From the NCBI GenBank assembly GCA_965205365.1, contig CBDBGT010000005.1, forward strand, positions 270,121 to 334,120: a DNA stretch of 64,000 nucleotides, read 5' to 3'. The notes below the pieces were generated by a model. It worked only from the letters and a program-made list of their open reading frames with translations. It was not told where the DNA came from and ran no database searches. Every line of letters starts with the position of its first letter. Position 1 is the stretch's first letter. The position numbers and the translations under genes are program-made. Positions 61,558 to 64,000 of the stretch are shown here, piece by piece. The stretch is from Bdellovibrionales bacterium (GTDB taxonomy: Bacteria > Bdellovibrionota > Bdellovibrionia > Bdellovibrionales > UBA1609).

Positions 61558-63037
61558 CTTCCCCTTAATGGATTTTTATTTAATATTTCCAGGAGCTTGT
61601 CTTTTTTTTAGTTCAATTTTTATATTGTTTATTAAAATTTTTTTAAAAAATAAGAAATCAAAAAAAAGAATAGTAGCAGGCTTTGGAATTGGGGGTGTTT
61701 TATTAGCCGGTCTGTTAAGTATAATCACCTTTAACTTATTAGGCGATGAGGAGAGGTTTATATTTTACGATGCTCTTTTTTTTAATTCTTTTACATGCTG
61801 GGTTGGAGTGGCGATTTCTTTTGGAGCTGTTTTTTCCATAGTTTTATTTCAGAAAAATAAAGAAATTATAGGAGAGCAATTTTTTGAATTTTTGTTTTTG
61901 TTTTTAAACTCTGTATTAGGTGCTTTCATTGTTTTATGGAGCAATCATTTTTTAGTGCTCTTTGTAGGCCTTGAGTTAGTTATTCTGCCCTTATGTATGA
62001 TGATTTTACTCAATTGTAGAGATGGTAGTGGGAAAGAATTTGTAATAAAGTATTATATTTTAGGTAGTGTGGCCTCAGCTTTTTTTCTTTTAGGTTTGGC
62101 CCTAGTGTACGGCGCCTTGGTAGGAGAGTTTGAAGGTGATGTTTTTTTAAACATAGAGGGGTTTTTAGGGGCGTCTTTTATGCTTATGAAGACAGATTAT
62201 TTATTTTTAGTTGGATCCACATTTATGTTATTTTCATCTTTTTTTAGATTGGGTGTTTTTCCTTTTCATGGTTGGGTTCTAGACGTATACCACAGGGCCA
62301 ATACAGCAGTGACATACTATATGATGACTGTTGTAAAAATTGTAGTGATTCTTTTGATACTTAAATTAATGAGTGCAGGGTTTTTAATAGAAAATTATTT
62401 TTTTCAACGAGTACTTGAGTGGATAGTGGTTTTTTCTATGTTGTTTGGAGCCCTTTTTGCTTCTTCTCAAGAAAGCGTTAAAAAAATATTTATTTATTCA
62501 GGGATGATTCATTTAAGTTATATGTTGATGCCTCTTCTAGGTTATGGTTTTAAGGGAGCGGGTAGTGTGGAAGCTCTTGTTTTTTATTTGTTTCCATACA
62601 TCTTTTTTTCTGGTTTAGTTTTCTATATTCTTCAAAAACTTGAGGAGAAGAAAGGGGCTTATGTGACAGTCTCTGATTTAAGAGGCTTATATCAAAGGTG
62701 GCCTAAAGAGTCTTTAATACTTTTATTAAGTGTTTTAGGCTTATCAGGGATGCCTCCCTTAGTAGGCTTTGTAACCAAGGTTTATATTATTAAAAATTCC
62801 ATAGAAACAGGCTTTTATTGGGTGTCTTTTTGGGCCTTGTTAGCCGGTGGGGTGAGTATGGTTTATTATTTAAGGATAATAAAACAAATTTTTTTCTATG
62901 ATTTTAATGAAGAGCTTCATGTTTTGTGGAAGAACCCCTTAGGTGAAAAAACTTTTTGTGCTAAAGGACTGCTCTCCTTATTGATACTCTTAGGTTTTTC
63001 ACTAATGTCTATTTACTACTTTCCTTTAAATTCATAA
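61538..63037 (+). CDS. nuoN: NADH-quinone oxidoreductase subunit N
   Basis: 499-aa antiporter-like subunit (GLELVILPLCMMI, FPFHGWVLDVY, GMPPLVGFVTK). Last gene of the cluster. Confidence 0.85.
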   Translation: MVMLLNNFPLMDFYLIFPGACLFFSSIFILFIKIFLKNKKSKKRIVAGFGIGGVLLAGLLSIITFNLLGDEERFIFYDALFFNSFTCWVGVAISFGAVFSIVLFQKNKEIIGEQFFEFLFLFLNSVLGAFIVLWSNHFLVLFVGLELVILPLCMMILLNCRDGSGKEFVIKYYILGSVASAFFLLGLALVYGALVGEFEGDVFLNIEGFLGASFMLMKTDYLFLVGSTFMLFSSFFRLGVFPFHGWVLDVYHRANTAVTYYMMTVVKIVVILLILKLMSAGFLIENYFFQRVLEWIVVFSMLFGALFASSQESVKKIFIYSGMIHLSYMLMPLLGYGFKGAGSVEALVFYLFPYIFFSGLVFYILQKLEEKKGAYVTVSDLRGLYQRWPKESLILLLSVLGLSGMPPLVGFVTKVYIIKNSIETGFYWVSFWALLAGGVSMVYYLRIIKQIFFYDFNEELHVLWKNPLGEKTFCAKGLLSLLILLGFSLMSIYYFPLNS

Positions 63038-64000
63038 TCTCGAAGACTGTTCATTGCAGCTTTAAAGCCAACGGTGATGATTTTATTTAAAATTTTAGGC
63101 TTTAAAGATAAATGATCGGCAAAAAACATCTCATAGTCTTGTGAGCTAGGGTTAATATATAAGACATTAGCATTACGATCAGGGAAAAACTTTTTTTCAA
63201 GGCGCCGTATGATTTTATTTGCCTTAGGTTTGTCTATTGTTTTAAGGAGAATGCTTTCAAGGTCATTAAACAGCTCTTTAAGTTTATCTTTAGAATTAAT
63301 ATGGTTTACAATTTTATGTTGAATCATTTGATAGAGAGCTTGATTAAGAATTACAGGAAGTCCGTAGGTGTCTAAAGAACCAAACTCCTCATTTATTCTA
63401 TAAGGCTCCATGGAATAGGACACAACAACTAAGTCTGAACCGTGTTCAAGGGCAATATGAGAGCTTAAAGAGTCTCGAACTTCACCATCAAAGAAGGTCT
63501 CACCATTTATTTTCACAGGGGCAAAAATTGGGGGAAGAGCCGTGGAAGCTGTTATGGCAGTGGCAACATCAACACCGGTTATATAATTGGTGTCCTCTCT
63601 CATGCTTTTAATGTCATCATTTAAATGGTATTTAGAAAAAACAGCTTTTTTAGGGTGATTTAAATAGGTTGCAACAATGAATAAATCTGCCACAAGGTCT
63701 TTAAAGTTTGTAGACTCAGACTTTAGGACTACTTTTTGAAAGTATTCACCTATGCCTTTGGTTGAAAAAAAACCATTAATTTTAAAAGCTCTTTTAAGTA
63801 AGCTTTCAATGCCGCCCCAACTTATAATTCCATCTGAGAAGAGACTGGGTATCCACGTGGAGGGAGAAGGGGAGGGGGTGGATAGGTTGATGCTGAATAC
63901 GTTCTTATACTTTATGGAGGGTAGCTTGTGACTAGGCTCTAAGTTTTTTAAATCTAGAGTATCAAGGTTGTGCTTACCCTGGGTAAAAGCGAAAATGATA
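63016..64000 (-). CDS. patatin-like phospholipase, partial (5' end beyond the window)
   Basis: The frame is open on the minus strand from 63016 to the window edge, by hand translation upstream of the track's Met. The catalytic Asp block ETFFDGEV and the ALPPIFAPV block are typical of patatin domains. Confidence 0.6.
   Translation of the reverse strand, partial: IIFAFTQGKHNLDTLDLKNLEPSHKLPSIKYKNVFSINLSTPSPSPSTWIPSLFSDGIISWGGIESLLKRAFKINGFFSTKGIGEYFQKVVLKSESTNFKDLVADLFIVATYLNHPKKAVFSKYHLNDDIKSMREDTNYITGVDVATAITASTALPPIFAPVKINGETFFDGEVRDSLSSHIALEHGSDLVVVSYSMEPYRINEEFGSLDTYGLPVILNQALYQMIQHKIVNHINSKDKLKELFNDLESILLKTIDKPKANKIIRRLEKKFFPDRNANVLYINPSSQDYEMFFADHLSLKPKILNKIITVGFKAAMNSLRDYEFKGK

Overview
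This is an AT-rich chromosomal window (about one-third G+C by eye) from a diderm bacterium. The SurA/PdxA, Nuo and DUF374 gene content fits a Bdellovibrionota/Oligoflexia-like lineage, but I cannot verify that here. It opens on the classical replication-origin cluster: rnpA and rpmH on the minus strand, then dnaA-dnaN-recF-gyrB-gyrA. The rpmH gene (GTG start, 49 aa) is absent from the ORF track. The dnaA-dnaN spacer holds a cluster of DnaA-box-like 9-mers and is the likely oriC. The rest of the backbone is housekeeping: atpB/atpE, an S8 protease, manB-pdxA-surA plus two further parvulin paralogues, etfBA, sdhCAB, tRNA-Cys, xseAB-ispA-tlyA, pepP, glpD, mreB, mfd and nuoJKLMN. Two accessory insertion-sequence (IS) 'junkyards' interrupt this backbone. 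The first (about 13.46-23.2 kb) is a ~9.8 kb island bracketed by diverged ~83-bp direct repeats that duplicate the 3' end of manB. It carries visibly GC-richer secreted-protein cargo (a DUF1566 lipoprotein, an HExxH metalloprotease and a Cys-rich orphan). It also carries an intact Tn5/IS50-like IS with OE-like ends and a 10-bp target duplication, two near-identical internally deleted IS982-like copies in inverted orientation, an IS982-derived MITE (miniature inverted-repeat element), and fragments of ISL3, IS5, IS1634 and possibly HipA. The second (48.8-53.5 kb) is a nested pile: a truncated, nonsense-mutated second IS50-like copy, an ISL3, an apparently intact IS3 with an A-run -1 frameshift site, a divergent IS50-like fragment, and an IS982 end whose last 3 nt supply the mfd stop codon. 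Other points worth a second look are listed here.
- A ~150-nt structured, 6S-like RNA candidate lies between tRNA-Cys and xseA.
- mreB is followed by a sigma-region-4-only protein, an anti-sigma-like membrane protein and an orphan histidine kinase, not by mreCD.
- nuoM has an apparent frameshift at a T7 run.
- nuoJ-N stands alone without nuoA-I.
- A (CTA)7 microsatellite sits in the oriC-like spacer.
I found no CRISPR array, rRNA gene or recognisable complete defence system.
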